Part shown: piece by piece, positions 1 through 9,924 of the stretch
Layout: each line of letters starts with the position of its first letter
Position numbering within the stretch: the first letter of the stretch is position 1
Assembly: GCA_022865705.1 (NCBI GenBank)
Contig: JALHTG010000108.1
Location: forward strand, 627 to 64,626
Length of the DNA stretch: 64,000 bases
Source of the DNA: Candidatus Bathyarchaeota archaeon
GTDB lineage: Archaea > Thermoproteota > Bathyarchaeia > 40CM-2-53-6 > JALHTG01
Direction: 5' to 3'
Notes under the pieces: model-generated
Seen by the model: the letters and a program-made list of their open reading frames with translations, nothing else
Told to the model about the DNA's origin: nothing
Database searches by the model: none
Translations under genes and position numbers: made by a program

Positions 1-1
1 T

Positions 2-856
2 TTGGTAGTCACAGGGAGCGAGGTGGTTGGGCTCATCCCCTTTCAGGCCCTGATTGAGGCCGGGAAATACTATCTGAAGGCACAGGGCAAGTCCCCTCAC
101 GTTCCGGTCCCCGATATCCTTGAATCAGCGGTCTTTTCTATGGGGCTCCACGATGTTCAAGCGTTTGACATAAGAAAGAAGGTGATTGGCCTGCCGCGAG
201 AGTTCGAAAAAGGCCTGACGAAGCTGAGCGTCAAGGATTTCGTCGATGAAGTATCACGCGATACTCCGGTTCCTGGAGGTGGATCGATCGCGGCCCTGGC
301 CGGTTCCTTGGGAGCCGCTCTGGTCTCAATGGTCGCCAATTTGAGCCTGGGAAAGTCAGATTCCGAAAAAAAAGTTGATCTGCTGCTGAATGTCGCGGAA
401 AAAGCGCAAAAGATCAAAGATCAGCTGATCTTGGCGGTAGACGAAGACACCAGTGCCTTCAATGCCTACTTGGAAGCCCGACGGCTCCCGGCGACCACCG
501 CCGAAGAGAGATCCTTCCGCCACCAGAAGATGCAGGAAGGACTGAAGATTGCGGCCAGTGTCCCATATCGATCAGCCTTGGCTAGTTTTGAAGCCATGCA
601 ACTTGCCGAGCAGGTGGCGATCCATGGTAGTCAAAACTCGATCACTGACGCGTCGGTCGGTCTCTCCATTGCTTTTGCTGGCGTGCGCGGAGGCATCTGG
701 AATGTGATAGTCAATCTGAAAGACATCGCTGACAAAGCTTTCGTGCAGGAGATGCAGAAAGAATGTCGCCAGTTGCTTAAGAAGGCCGAAGAGGTGCTGG
801 AGAGAGGGAGTCGCTACACCGACGATAAGCTGACCAACAATCTCAAACAAGAATAG
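2..856 (+). CDS. Formimidoyltransferase-cyclodeaminase-like protein, 5' partial (end of transferase domain plus cyclodeaminase domain)
   Basis: ORF is open to the window edge. Cyclodeaminase-type segment TPVPGGGSIAALAGSLGAAL. Lies directly upstream of hutU and hutH on the same strand. Confidence 0.7.
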   Translation: MVVTGSEVVGLIPFQALIEAGKYYLKAQGKSPHVPVPDILESAVFSMGLHDVQAFDIRKKVIGLPREFEKGLTKLSVKDFVDEVSRDTPVPGGGSIAALAGSLGAALVSMVANLSLGKSDSEKKVDLLLNVAEKAQKIKDQLILAVDEDTSAFNAYLEARRLPATTAEERSFRHQKMQEGLKIAASVPYRSALASFEAMQLAEQVAIHGSQNSITDASVGLSIAFAGVRGGIWNVIVNLKDIADKAFVQEMQKECRQLLKKAEEVLERGSRYTDDKLTNNLKQE

Positions 857-858
857 GT

Positions 859-865
859 CGCGCGC
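859..865. repeat. Alternating CG run, 7 nt
   Basis: CGCGCGC, 3 nt after the FTCD-like stop codon. Confidence 0.9.
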
Positions 866-952
866 TATTACACAAACATTGCGGTCAACCATCATACTTC
901 CGGAAGCAAGAGCCTTATATCATGTGCCTCCCGAGATTTACGCTGAGGAATC

Positions 953-2626
953 TTGCTGGAATCCAAGAAAGTAGCACGCTGCATCACAGGCTCTGAGCTG
1001 CGCTGTAAGAACTGGCAGATCGAGGGTGCCCTCAGGATGCTTCACAATGTCGTTGATCCTGAAGTTGCCAAAGACCCAGAGAACCTGATTGTATATGGGG
1101 GCACGGGCAAAGCCGCTAGGAACTGGAAGTGCTTCGACGCGATCGTGGATGCACTTGTGAACCTTGAGGAAGATGAAACGTTACTCATTCAAAGTGGGAA
1201 ACCAGTTGGAGTATTTGTCACAAATCGTCGAGCTCCAAGGGTGCTAATAGCAAACAGTCTCATCGTTCCGAAATGGGCGACCTGGGATTACTTCTTTGAA
1301 CTTGAACAGAAAGGATTGATAATGTTTGGACAGATGACGGCAGGTTCATGGGCGTACATTGGAACGCAGGGGATCCTTCAGGGCACCTATGAGACGCTCG
1401 CAGCTGTTGCCAAGGAGCACTTCGGAGGGAGCCTCAAGGGTAAGCTTGTCCTCACTGCTGGTCTTGGGGAGATGGGAGGAGCTCAGCCTCTTGCAGTCAC
1501 AATGAATGAGGGAGTGGCTCTGGTTGTGGAGGTTAGCAAGAGAGCGATAGAGCGTCGGATTCGGCACAGATACTTGGAGACTTGGACGGAGAGTATTGAT
1601 GAGGCGCTTGACATGGTGCGCCAAGCTAAGGATGAGGGAGTCCCTAAGAGCATCGGGCTGCTTGCCAATGCGGCCGATGTTCACCCTGAACTCTTAACAA
1701 GAGGTGTGATCCCGGATGTGGTCACGGATCAAACCTCTGCTCATGATCCTCTCAATGGATACTATCCTGCAGGCTTCTCAATGGAAGAAGCTAACAAGCT
1801 GAGGCAGGAGAATCCTCAGCAGTACGTCACAAAGGCAAGGCAGAGCATGCGGACCCAAGTTGAAGCCATGGTCAAGATGATGCAGAAGGGCGCTGTCACG
1901 TTCGAGTACGGGAACAACTTGAGGCAAGAGGCAAAGGAAGGTGGATGTGGAAACGCGTTTGCTTTTCCAGGATTTGTTCAAAGATACATAAGGCCAATGT
2001 TCTGTGAAGGAAGGGGGCCCTTCAGATGGACCTCACTTGTAGGAAATCCTGAAGACATCTACAGGCTAGATGAAATCATTTTGAAAGAGTTCTCGCACAA
2101 CGAGGAACTGTGCCGCTGGATCGAGAAAGCCCATAATCAGATTCAATTCCAGGGTCTGCCTGCCAGAGTCTGTTGGCTTGGATTCGGTGAGAGAGCAAAG
2201 TTCGGCTTGATCATTAACCGAATGGTCAAGAGGAAGGAGCTGACCGGACCCGTGTGGATCGGCCGAGACCATTTGGACGGAGGAAGTGTCGCATCGCCCA
2301 ACCGTGAGACTGAGGGCATGGCAGATGGAAGTGATGCTATTGCGGATTGGCCAATTCTGAATGCGTTGTTGAATACGGCGGCGGGTGCCACATGGGTCTC
2401 AGTTCACCATGGAGGAGGCGTCGGGATGGGATATAGCATACACGCAGGTATGTGCCTTGTCGCAGACGGAACAGAAGAGGCAGACGATCGAATAGGAAAG
2501 GTTCTGACCACTGACCCAGGAACTGCAATAATGAGACATGTCGACGCGGGATATGGAAAAGCGATTGATGTGGCTCGGGAGAAAGGTGTGAAGATACCTG
2601 GGCTGAGTGGGAAAAGATCAACCTGA
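953..2626 (+). CDS. hutU: Urocanate hydratase
   Basis: 557-aa ORF with TTG start at 953. Urocanase-type segments [38 protein letters not shown]. Confidence 0.9.
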   Translation: MLESKKVARCITGSELRCKNWQIEGALRMLHNVVDPEVAKDPENLIVYGGTGKAARNWKCFDAIVDALVNLEEDETLLIQSGKPVGVFVTNRRAPRVLIANSLIVPKWATWDYFFELEQKGLIMFGQMTAGSWAYIGTQGILQGTYETLAAVAKEHFGGSLKGKLVLTAGLGEMGGAQPLAVTMNEGVALVVEVSKRAIERRIRHRYLETWTESIDEALDMVRQAKDEGVPKSIGLLANAADVHPELLTRGVIPDVVTDQTSAHDPLNGYYPAGFSMEEANKLRQENPQQYVTKARQSMRTQVEAMVKMMQKGAVTFEYGNNLRQEAKEGGCGNAFAFPGFVQRYIRPMFCEGRGPFRWTSLVGNPEDIYRLDEIILKEFSHNEELCRWIEKAHNQIQFQGLPARVCWLGFGERAKFGLIINRMVKRKELTGPVWIGRDHLDGGSVASPNRETEGMADGSDAIADWPILNALLNTAAGATWVSVHHGGGVGMGYSIHAGMCLVADGTEEADDRIGKVLTTDPGTAIMRHVDAGYGKAIDVAREKGVKIPGLSGKRST

Positions 2627-2807
2627 GCCTCGTTCCTGCCGCCTGTTGCCCGTTTTTCTGTTTCAATGCATTGATGCGTTTTCATTGATGTATTGAAAGG
2701 TGGAGGAGGTGAGGCCCACCCTGTTCTTTCCGTGGTGACGCCTCATCAGATGAAGCCTTTATTTGCATAGTCACTGACCTAGGCCTTACTGCTGTCTTGG
2801 AGGTCAC

Positions 2808-4352
2808 ATGTTGAACAAGGTCTTGCTTGATGGCGCAAGTCTCACGCTCGAACAGACCGTTGAAGTGGCAAGATATGACCTGGAAGCGAAGCTTTCGACG
2901 GAAGCTCAAGCAAGGGTCCGAGCTTCGCGGCGAACAATTGAGGAATTGCTCGCCGAGAGAAGGCCGGTCTATGGGGTCACGACTGGGTTCGGGGCTCTTT
3001 CCGGAACTCGCATCACACCAGAAGACTCTGTGGAGCTACAGCGGAATCTTATCCGTAGCCATTGTGCGGGAGTCGGTTCTTCCTCAGAGACTGAAGTTGT
3101 GAGAGCAACAATGTTGTTGCGGGCCAACACGTTGGCCAAAGGATATTCAGGGATCAAGCTTGAGACTTTGGAGACACTTGTAGAGATGATCAATCGGCAC
3201 GTCCATCCAGTTGTCCCAGAGAAGGGGTCGGTGGGAGCAAGCGGCGACCTCGTGCCTTTGGCGCATGTGGCTTCTGTGTTGATGGGTGAAGGAGCAGCGG
3301 AGTATCAGGGAAGTGTAATGTCTGGTGGAGAAGCCATGAAGAAGGCGGGACTTCGCCCGGTCGAGTTCGCCGCAAAAGAGGGGCTCGCCTTGATCAACGG
3401 GACCGAGTTCTCCAAAGCCATGGCTGTCCTTGCTCTGAGTGATGGTGAAAGGTTGGTGGTGAACGCGGAGATAGCTGGGGCGATGACTCTTGAATCGTTA
3501 CATGGGCATTTGGAAGCCTTCGATGAGAGGCTGCACGCGGTGAGGCCTCATGACGGACAGGTTAGGGCAGCAGGGGACTTTAGAAGACTGCTTTCAGGCA
3601 GCGATCTACTGGCTCAAGGAGCAGGGGAAGAAGGCGGAGTTCACGATCCGTATTCTATCAGGTGTATGCCCCAGGTCATAGGGGCAGTCCGAGACGCGCT
3701 GACATATGTCAGTAAAACGCTTCTAACAGAGGTCAACTCAGCCACAGACAACCCACTTGTATTTGCCAGCGATAGCGTCTGCCTTTCTGGCGGCAACTTT
3801 CATGGGCAGTCCGTCTCCATCGCATCCGATGTTCTGAGCATCGCTCTGGCTTCCGTAGGTAACATTGCTGAGAGGAGAATCGCAAGACTGATGGATCCTA
3901 AGTTGAATCAGGGGCTCCCCGCCTTTCTTGTCTCTAGGACTAGCAAAGAAGGTCTCAATTCGGGACTTATGATGGCCCAAGTGGTTGCGGCTTCGCTGGC
4001 TTCAGAGAACAAGGTGCTGGCTCATCCGGCAAGCGTGGACTCTCTTCCTACATCTGCCAACTTTGAAGACCACGTCAGTATGAGTGCGTCAGCCGCTCGA
4101 AAAGCGAGAGAAATCGTAGCTAATGTGGAGAGGATAGTTGCGATTGAGTTCCTATGTGCAAGTCAAGCTCTCGATCTGCGAGGCCAGAAAGCTTTGGGGA
4201 AAGGAACTCAGGCCGCTTTTGCCAGAATTAGGACGAAGATCCGGCCTTTGACATCAGACCGAGAAATATCTGAGGAAATTAAGACTCTTGCTTCTATGAT
4301 CAGCAGTGGCGAGATTGTAGATGCGGTCGAAGCCAGCATAGGGAAACTCTAG
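2808..4352 (+). CDS. hutH: Histidine ammonia-lyase
   Basis: 514 aa. GSVGASGDLVPLAHV contains the Ala-Ser-Gly triad that forms the MIO cofactor. Confidence 0.9.
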   Translation: MLNKVLLDGASLTLEQTVEVARYDLEAKLSTEAQARVRASRRTIEELLAERRPVYGVTTGFGALSGTRITPEDSVELQRNLIRSHCAGVGSSSETEVVRATMLLRANTLAKGYSGIKLETLETLVEMINRHVHPVVPEKGSVGASGDLVPLAHVASVLMGEGAAEYQGSVMSGGEAMKKAGLRPVEFAAKEGLALINGTEFSKAMAVLALSDGERLVVNAEIAGAMTLESLHGHLEAFDERLHAVRPHDGQVRAAGDFRRLLSGSDLLAQGAGEEGGVHDPYSIRCMPQVIGAVRDALTYVSKTLLTEVNSATDNPLVFASDSVCLSGGNFHGQSVSIASDVLSIALASVGNIAERRIARLMDPKLNQGLPAFLVSRTSKEGLNSGLMMAQVVAASLASENKVLAHPASVDSLPTSANFEDHVSMSASAARKAREIVANVERIVAIEFLCASQALDLRGQKALGKGTQAAFARIRTKIRPLTSDREISEEIKTLASMISSGEIVDAVEASIGKL

Positions 4353-4442
4353 GCCAAAACTCAGACTTCACAGAGGACTGCGGTAGACTCAGCGAATCGC
4401 ACTCAATTGAGAATCAGAGCAAATCGTGCATAGTGTAGCGTG

Positions 4443-5444
4443 CTACTTAGCGTCAAGGTCTATGTTCATCATCTCAAACATTCTTTCAAGCGGAAGTTTC
4501 GCCTTACGGGCGATGTCTCTTGGCACCTCAACCTTGTAACGGTCTTCTTTGAGCGCCAAGTAGATTCTTTGAAGGGTGTTCAGTTTCATGTTCACGCACC
4601 ATGCTCCTTCGTAGGCCGGGATGAACGTTTTCTTAGGGTTCTCTCTCTTGAGGCGATGTAAGATTCCCATTTCTGTAGCTACGATGAACTTGCTTGCCGC
4701 TGAGTTCGTTGCATGTGTGCACATTTGCGTGGTGGATCCCACAAAATCCGCAACCTTTTGCACTTCAGGTGAGCATTCCGGATGTGCGATCACCTCCGCA
4801 CTGGGATTCTCTTCTTTGAGGAGGAGAATATCCTCTTTCAGGAAGAGAACATGTGTCTGGCAGAATCCTCTTTCAGGAATTGGAATCGTTTTCTTTCCGG
4901 TTTTCTGTTGCACGTACCATGCAAGATTTGCGTCCGGCCCGAAGAGTACGGTGTCGGAGTCGAGTGACTCAACAACTTTGACAGCGTTGGCGGATGTGCA
5001 ACATACGTCACACTCAGCCTTCGTTTCTGCGTGCGTGTTGACGTAGAGAACTATCGGTATGCCCGGGTATTTCTCTTTCCAAAGGTGGATCTGAAATGCC
5101 GGTAGCATTGCTGCCATCGGGCATCTTGCACCGGGACTAGGCATGAGCACTTTCTTTTCAGGATTGAGTATCACGGCAGTCTCGGCCATGAAGTCAACGG
5201 AGCAGTGGACGACGACTTCGGCGTCTGGCTCTTCAACTGCTCTTTTGGCCAGGCCGACACTGTCGTCGACGTAGTCCGCAAGGTCCTGGACTTCAGGCCT
5301 CTGATAGTTGTGGGCAAGGATGAGGGCCTTTCTCTCTTTCTTGAGTTTCAAGATGTTGTTGACTAGATCTTGGTCTGTCTTCACTGCCGCGCGCTCCGCA
5401 GACATTGGTTCCCACATTCTTGAATCTCGGCTAGAGTTTAACAT
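4443..5444 (-). CDS. nadA: Quinolinate synthase A
   Basis: 333 aa. NadA-type segments LILAHNYQRPEVQDLADYVDDS and conserved Cys positions. Convergent with hutH. Confidence 0.85.
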   Translation of the reverse strand: MLNSSRDSRMWEPMSAERAAVKTDQDLVNNILKLKKERKALILAHNYQRPEVQDLADYVDDSVGLAKRAVEEPDAEVVVHCSVDFMAETAVILNPEKKVLMPSPGARCPMAAMLPAFQIHLWKEKYPGIPIVLYVNTHAETKAECDVCCTSANAVKVVESLDSDTVLFGPDANLAWYVQQKTGKKTIPIPERGFCQTHVLFLKEDILLLKEENPSAEVIAHPECSPEVQKVADFVGSTTQMCTHATNSAASKFIVATEMGILHRLKRENPKKTFIPAYEGAWCVNMKLNTLQRIYLALKEDRYKVEVPRDIARKAKLPLERMFEMMNIDLDAK

Positions 5445-5616
5445 CTACAAGTTATGCGTTTCGGTAGGCTTTGCCGACGTGAATAGATGTGTTTGGTCCA
5501 AAGTGACATGTTGAGCCTAGTTGCGCGAGGCGCACGTCTGGAATTGAGAAGGAATGGGTGGGGGCTTTCTGAAGTTACGGCTAGGCATCCACCCTAGTCA
5601 GCTTCAGACTGTCTTA

Positions 5617-5624
5617 GCGCGCGC
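5617..5624. repeat. Alternating CG run, 8 nt (TAGCGCGCGCAG)
   Basis: Intergenic, just 3' of the LTD protein gene. Confidence 0.9.
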
Positions 5625-5645
5625 AGTTTTTTCGCAGAAGGCACG

Positions 5646-6953
5646 CTATGGGATGGGTCTCCTGCATTTGGGACAGTACCAGCTTCGGAGGCTGGGCACG
5701 TAGAGCAGAACAGATCTGCATTGAGGACACAGCGCCACTCTTCTAGGTGGCTTCGGTTTCGCCTTGGTTGAGAGTCCTGCTGCAAGCACAACAGCGCTAA
5801 CGCTTACGCTGACCACCAGGGCGATGATCAGCCACATGCCAAACAGGAAGGGTGGAGATTCCACATAGAAGTACGCAAGAGGTGAGGTCGCTGCCATATG
5901 GGTTTCATCTCCATCCCATGAAGCGGTCACGTTCCAGTCTCCCGCTTCTTGCGGTGTGAATTTCGTGTCGTTGAAGAGCCCACCACTTCCAGTCTGGACA
6001 TACTTGATTATAGGTGGGCCCGTTGGTTTTCGATAGGTGAGCATTACGGTTACTCCTACTACGGCAGGCGTGAGATATCCGTAGGTTGCCAAGTCTTGGC
6101 CAAATCCTACTGTTGTGTGCGTTACGGAGCAAGACAGTCCCATCAGAATCTTTGTAACCGTGAGGAAGACCGGCAAGGAGAACATTTCAGGAAACGCACC
6201 GGCCGCCGAAACGTATGCTCTCACGTTGTAAGCACCCATAGTGCCGGGAGTCCACGGATAGTCGTATCTGCCCAGAGCGTCTGTGGTCGCAGTAGTCAGA
6301 TTGCTCCAAGCTGTCTCCTCAAGCCGTCTTGCTTGAATTGTGACTGTGACTACTCGCGGAGGCCCTATTACTACCCTTATTGTGGTGCCGGAGCCAATGC
6401 CCACCTGAGGCGAATCAACGGCGCAAGATATAGTTGGAATAAGGGATGGCGGAGGAGCTACTACGTCGTTTGAGGAGCCCTTGGTAGCAGACTGCAGTTT
6501 CCAGTCTGATATCAAATTACTATCAAAACCGTTGGGAACCCTGGCCCAAGCCATATCGTCCACGCCCGGTTTGCTCAATGAGGGCGTTATGTCAATCCAC
6601 AGGCCGTGGTTGTCGACCAGATAGAGGATATCCCCCACAGGATTCAGAAAAGCAAATCCTAGGTCCAGGACTTGATGTCCCTTGGCTGCGATAGATGCCT
6701 CGGGGGGCATCTGATAGGTGAACCCGAAGGACTCCCCTATTATCCTCCAAAGCCCGATACTTTGCGGAAAGTTCGAAGGGTTGAACAGCTCTACCCATTG
6801 AGGGCCTGTCGATGGGTTGGGGTTGAACTCGTTTATCACAACATCCCATCCAAAGAGAGCCTTGGATGAAGTTGTTCCATTGCCTAGCATTGCAAGCATC
6901 AGGAGAATGAGTAGTTGCGCTATGAGAACCGAGCGCTTCTTCATTACTTGCAC
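5646..6953 (-). CDS. Membrane-anchored surface protein: signal peptide, lamin-tail domain (LTD), Ig-like region, TM helix, C-terminal zinc ribbon
   Basis: Hydrophobic N-terminus LIAQLLILLMLAML. LTD signature VVINEFNPNPSTGPQWVELFNPS. TM helix LIIALVVSVSVSAVVLAAGL followed by CPQCRSV...YCPKCRRP. Confidence 0.7.
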   Translation of the reverse strand: MQVMKKRSVLIAQLLILLMLAMLGNGTTSSKALFGWDVVINEFNPNPSTGPQWVELFNPSNFPQSIGLWRIIGESFGFTYQMPPEASIAAKGHQVLDLGFAFLNPVGDILYLVDNHGLWIDITPSLSKPGVDDMAWARVPNGFDSNLISDWKLQSATKGSSNDVVAPPPSLIPTISCAVDSPQVGIGSGTTIRVVIGPPRVVTVTIQARRLEETAWSNLTTATTDALGRYDYPWTPGTMGAYNVRAYVSAAGAFPEMFSLPVFLTVTKILMGLSCSVTHTTVGFGQDLATYGYLTPAVVGVTVMLTYRKPTGPPIIKYVQTGSGGLFNDTKFTPQEAGDWNVTASWDGDETHMAATSPLAYFYVESPPFLFGMWLIIALVVSVSVSAVVLAAGLSTKAKPKPPRRVALCPQCRSVLLYVPSLRSWYCPKCRRPIP

Positions 6954-7061
6954 CGATACTTAGTTGATGAAGAAGCACTTATAACGGCTATGCTAAGGAT
7001 CTGGCTTATTCCGATCATGGAAAGCTTGAAGATCTTGATGTTGGCGCATCAAGACGCGTTT

Positions 7062-7916
7062 TCACCCCGCCTGTCCGATGATTTCGAGAGCCCGGACCGC
7101 GTCGTCTAGGCCTGGAGATGGGCGTTTACCATTGGCCACGCAGCCAGCAAAGTACCTCAACTCACTTTCAAGAGGGGGAGTCCATGTAACCTGTACTTCC
7201 TTTCCACCGTCACAGCCTCCATCGAACAGCTTCCATCGATCCAACTCGAAATGAGCGAATACCGTCCTGTCATCGTAGGTTGCCACCCATCGGCGTATCT
7301 TTGGACCCAAGCAGTCAGATATTACGAGTGCCTGCGTTTCTTCAAAGGAGAGTTCAAGCTCGCCGAAGTGGAAGCCTCTACTTGAGCGAACGGACACGGA
7401 TCTTGGTTCACCAAGCATCCAACGAAGAAGATCAATGTCATGAATGGCAAGGTCCTTTAGGACTCCCGTTTGTGTTGCCACGAGAGTGGGAGTTCCGGAG
7501 CGTTGACAGAATATCTTCCGCGGATTGCCATCTTTCTCGAAGATGGACTTCAGTTTACCAAACACGGGGTTGAACCGCTCAATGAATCCGACCATGGACA
7601 GGCATTGGGGATTGTTGTGGGCCAGGTTTGCTAGATCTTTCGCTTCGATGACATTCGTAGCAACCGGTTTCTCTAAGAATAAATGCCTTCCTGCATTGAT
7701 TGCGTGGGTTCCCACTGCTGCAAGACTCTCTGCGGGAACAACCACGTCGAGAGCCTCGACGTTCTGTATAAGTTCGTGCAGACTCTTGTAGGATTTTTCC
7801 CCTTTGTATGCTGGATCGTAGACCCCAACAATTTCAGCATTAGAAATATTCTTCCAAGATTCAAAGTGTCTTTTTCCCCAGCTACCGAATCCCACAATAC
7901 CGACCCGGATGGCCAT
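7062..7916 (-). CDS. Gfo/Idh/MocA family NAD(P)-dependent oxidoreductase
   Basis: N-terminal Rossmann motif IRVGIVGFGSWGKRH and EKP motif (LFLEKPVA). Confidence 0.8.
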   Translation of the reverse strand: MAIRVGIVGFGSWGKRHFESWKNISNAEIVGVYDPAYKGEKSYKSLHELIQNVEALDVVVPAESLAAVGTHAINAGRHLFLEKPVATNVIEAKDLANLAHNNPQCLSMVGFIERFNPVFGKLKSIFEKDGNPRKIFCQRSGTPTLVATQTGVLKDLAIHDIDLLRWMLGEPRSVSVRSSRGFHFGELELSFEETQALVISDCLGPKIRRWVATYDDRTVFAHFELDRWKLFDGGCDGGKEVQVTWTPPLESELRYFAGCVANGKRPSPGLDDAVRALEIIGQAG

Positions 7917-8066
7917 TTGGTTCTCCTCCTAGAGTTCGCGTTGCTAGAAATTAAACTGTGTGAACTGTTCATTACGCCAAGAGTTCGTATGGCCCTGTTT
8001 CCGGCAAGTCTTTGTCCAATTAGCTGTCAATGACTATCGCACCTGTCGTTGTGAGTTTGGTCCTAT

Positions 8067-8369
8067 CTATCCGCCATGTGCCACGGGAACCAATGTTACT
8101 GCGTCATTGCTTCTGATCTCTGTTTCTAATCCTCGGAGCACGCTGATATCTCTATCATTTACCAGAATTATGATGTGGGGTCCAACGGTTCCTGAGCTTG
8201 GGTCGATTATTGTCTGCGTGAACTCGGGTCTGGAGACTTTGTCGCAGAGTCGCCGAATTACTTCGGAGAGGGTCAAGGTTCCTTTACGTGTCTCAAGGTG
8301 AACCTCGGAACTTTCAGCTAGCTTTTTCAACGCTCCGATTAGCTTCACCTTGACGACCAATCTGGCCAC
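8067..8369 (-). CDS. MoaD/ThiS-family ubiquitin-like small protein ending in Gly-Gly (SAMP or sulfur-carrier type)
   Basis: About 100 aa, ends ...VTLVPVAHGG followed by the stop codon. Start re-assigned to GTG at 8369, 4 nt after the upstream gene's stop. The track ORF start at 8402 would overlap that gene. Confidence 0.7.
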   Translation of the reverse strand: MARLVVKVKLIGALKKLAESSEVHLETRKGTLTLSEVIRRLCDKVSRPEFTQTIIDPSSGTVGPHIIILVNDRDISVLRGLETEIRSNDAVTLVPVAHGG

Positions 8370-8373
8370 TTCT

Positions 8374-9228
8374 CTATTTGAATAGGAACACTTGCTCCTC
8401 ATATCTTCTGTTCTCGATCATCGCACCGGGCTGAAGCTTCTGCAGCTGCCTGGTCTTGAGGTTCTCTATCAGCTGCCTGTTGACTTGAGGAAGTTTCATG
8501 TGCTGGTTTTGAAGGATTTCAATCGGAACATTGATACCCAGTGGTCTGGCAGGTATTATGTGTCGAGTTGCCTTGTGAGGAAAGAGATCATCTCTCACGC
8601 CGAACTCTCTAACATCCTCTTTTCGGATTGGTGGAGGGGCAAGAATCGTCCTAACACTTCCTTCTTCCAGCTTCAGGAGTGCGTCGGACTCGGTTTCATA
8701 ACTCATGCCGTAGCCGAGGCTCTTTGCCTTTTGCTCGACATCTCTCACAAGACGATAGTTTTGCTTCAGATCATACCTTTTACTCTTTATGATGAGGCAT
8801 TCTTCTTTGGTTGCAATGAAGGCGGATGCCGTTCGATTTTCCAATTTGGTTTTTGCTTCTTCTAAGGCTGTTCTTTCGGTTTGAATGTTTGGCCCTGAAA
8901 GTTCTTTGATGAGTTCTCCTCTGTCTTCTTTGAAGGCGCGCCACCAAGTTTCTACCGTTATCGATGGGTTATCATAGTCCACAAGGCAGACTGGAATCCT
9001 CACGCATCCAATCATGCGCAAGGCAGCGGCTCGATGCATCCCGTCGAGGACCACCAGCGTTTTCTCGTCAACTATGATCGGGTGCCTGAGGACTCGGTCT
9101 TTGAGAAGATCCGTCACGAGCTTCTGAACAACCTCAGGGATCGTTTCCTCATGCATGTGAATGCTCGCAATGTCAATAATCGCTATCTTGAGATCCAGCT
9201 TCTCAGACTCTATTCTAAAACTGTCCAA
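8374..9228 (-). CDS. ParB/sulfiredoxin-fold domain protein (possible ParB-fold small-molecule kinase rather than a partition protein)
   Basis: N-terminal ParB/Srx-like core IHMHEETIP...PIIVDEKTLVVLDGMHRAAAL (DGxHR). No HTH or partition partner is visible. Tightly coupled to the MoaD-like gene. Confidence 0.55.
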   Translation of the reverse strand: MDSFRIESEKLDLKIAIIDIASIHMHEETIPEVVQKLVTDLLKDRVLRHPIIVDEKTLVVLDGMHRAAALRMIGCVRIPVCLVDYDNPSITVETWWRAFKEDRGELIKELSGPNIQTERTALEEAKTKLENRTASAFIATKEECLIIKSKRYDLKQNYRLVRDVEQKAKSLGYGMSYETESDALLKLEEGSVRTILAPPPIRKEDVREFGVRDDLFPHKATRHIIPARPLGINVPIEILQNQHMKLPQVNRQLIENLKTRQLQKLQPGAMIENRRYEEQVFLFK

Positions 9229-9444
9229 GTCATTCCTTCCATGTTAGTTGGAGGCCCCTGGAGGATTTCTGTAATCTTGAGAATGGTGGCGAGTTGTCGA
9301 GGTTCCGCTGCAATCGCTGACCAGATCCACTCTCCAGATCGCCTAGCATGGTACGTTGTGTGGCGATAGAAAAAAGTTTGGAGCGAGTTCGGTAGAGGAC
9401 TTGATTCGTGGTAACAGATGACGTTTTCAGGATGAGAGTTCTTT

Positions 9445-9687
9445 CTAGTTTTCTTCTTCAGTAGGAAGAGGCGTTTCTCCCAGATCGCCTGACAGCTTTT
9501 GTTTCTCAATCACTTGGAGTCTTGTCACATAGCCTGCGACTCTATTTCTAACTCGTTTGCTTTTTGTGTCGGCTAGTTGATCGACACTCTTCTTGTTTGC
9601 TTCATAGTCCGTGGAGAACATGTCGTGACGGGTTCCAACCAGCTCCTTTGCGAGCTTTTTCACCATTTCGATTCTGACTCTTCCCAA
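9445..9687 (-). CDS. rps17e: 30S ribosomal protein eS17
   Basis: The segment (L/M)GRVRIEMVKKLAKELV...KRVRNRVAGYVTR matches the eS17 pattern. Start re-assigned to TTG at 9687, which gives the canonical MGRVR N-terminus. The track ORF starts 48 nt upstream. Confidence 0.8.
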   Translation of the reverse strand: MGRVRIEMVKKLAKELVGTRHDMFSTDYEANKKSVDQLADTKSKRVRNRVAGYVTRLQVIEKQKLSGDLGETPLPTEEEN

Positions 9688-9878
9688 TTCTGTTCCACCG
9701 GACTCGAAGATTCCTTTGACTCTGCCTGCTTGCAATTAAGTATTTGTTTTTTCTAGATTTGTGAGCCAGCTTTCTTAGAACTGCTGTTATTCGGGTGTAA
9801 CCAGTGTTGATCGAAGAGGAGGGGGCGTGATTCTTGCTACTCTGTTGTTTTAGGGGCTATTCCGGCGAGAAAGGACAG

Positions 9879-9886
9879 ATTTATAT
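9879..9886 (+). promoter_or_regulatory. Candidate archaeal TATA box (ATTTATAT) with purine-rich BRE-like upstream segment for the histone gene
   Basis: ATTTATAT lies about 40 nt upstream of the ATG at 9925 and is preceded by GAGAAAGGACAG. Confidence 0.35.
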
Positions 9887-9924
9887 GATGTTTGAGGAGA
9901 AAACGCCAAGCGTGGTTGCTGCTG

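Noticed and set aside
5949-6473. 174-aa plus-strand ORF
   Set aside because: It is antisense to the LTD protein gene. It is Arg/Cys/Tyr-rich nonsense-like sequence.
9229-9444. Possible C/D-box sRNA (GATGAC and GATGAG strings) in the gap between the ParB-like and eS17 genes
   Set aside because: No properly spaced C (RUGAUGA) and D (CUGA) box pair with terminal stem could be found by eye.
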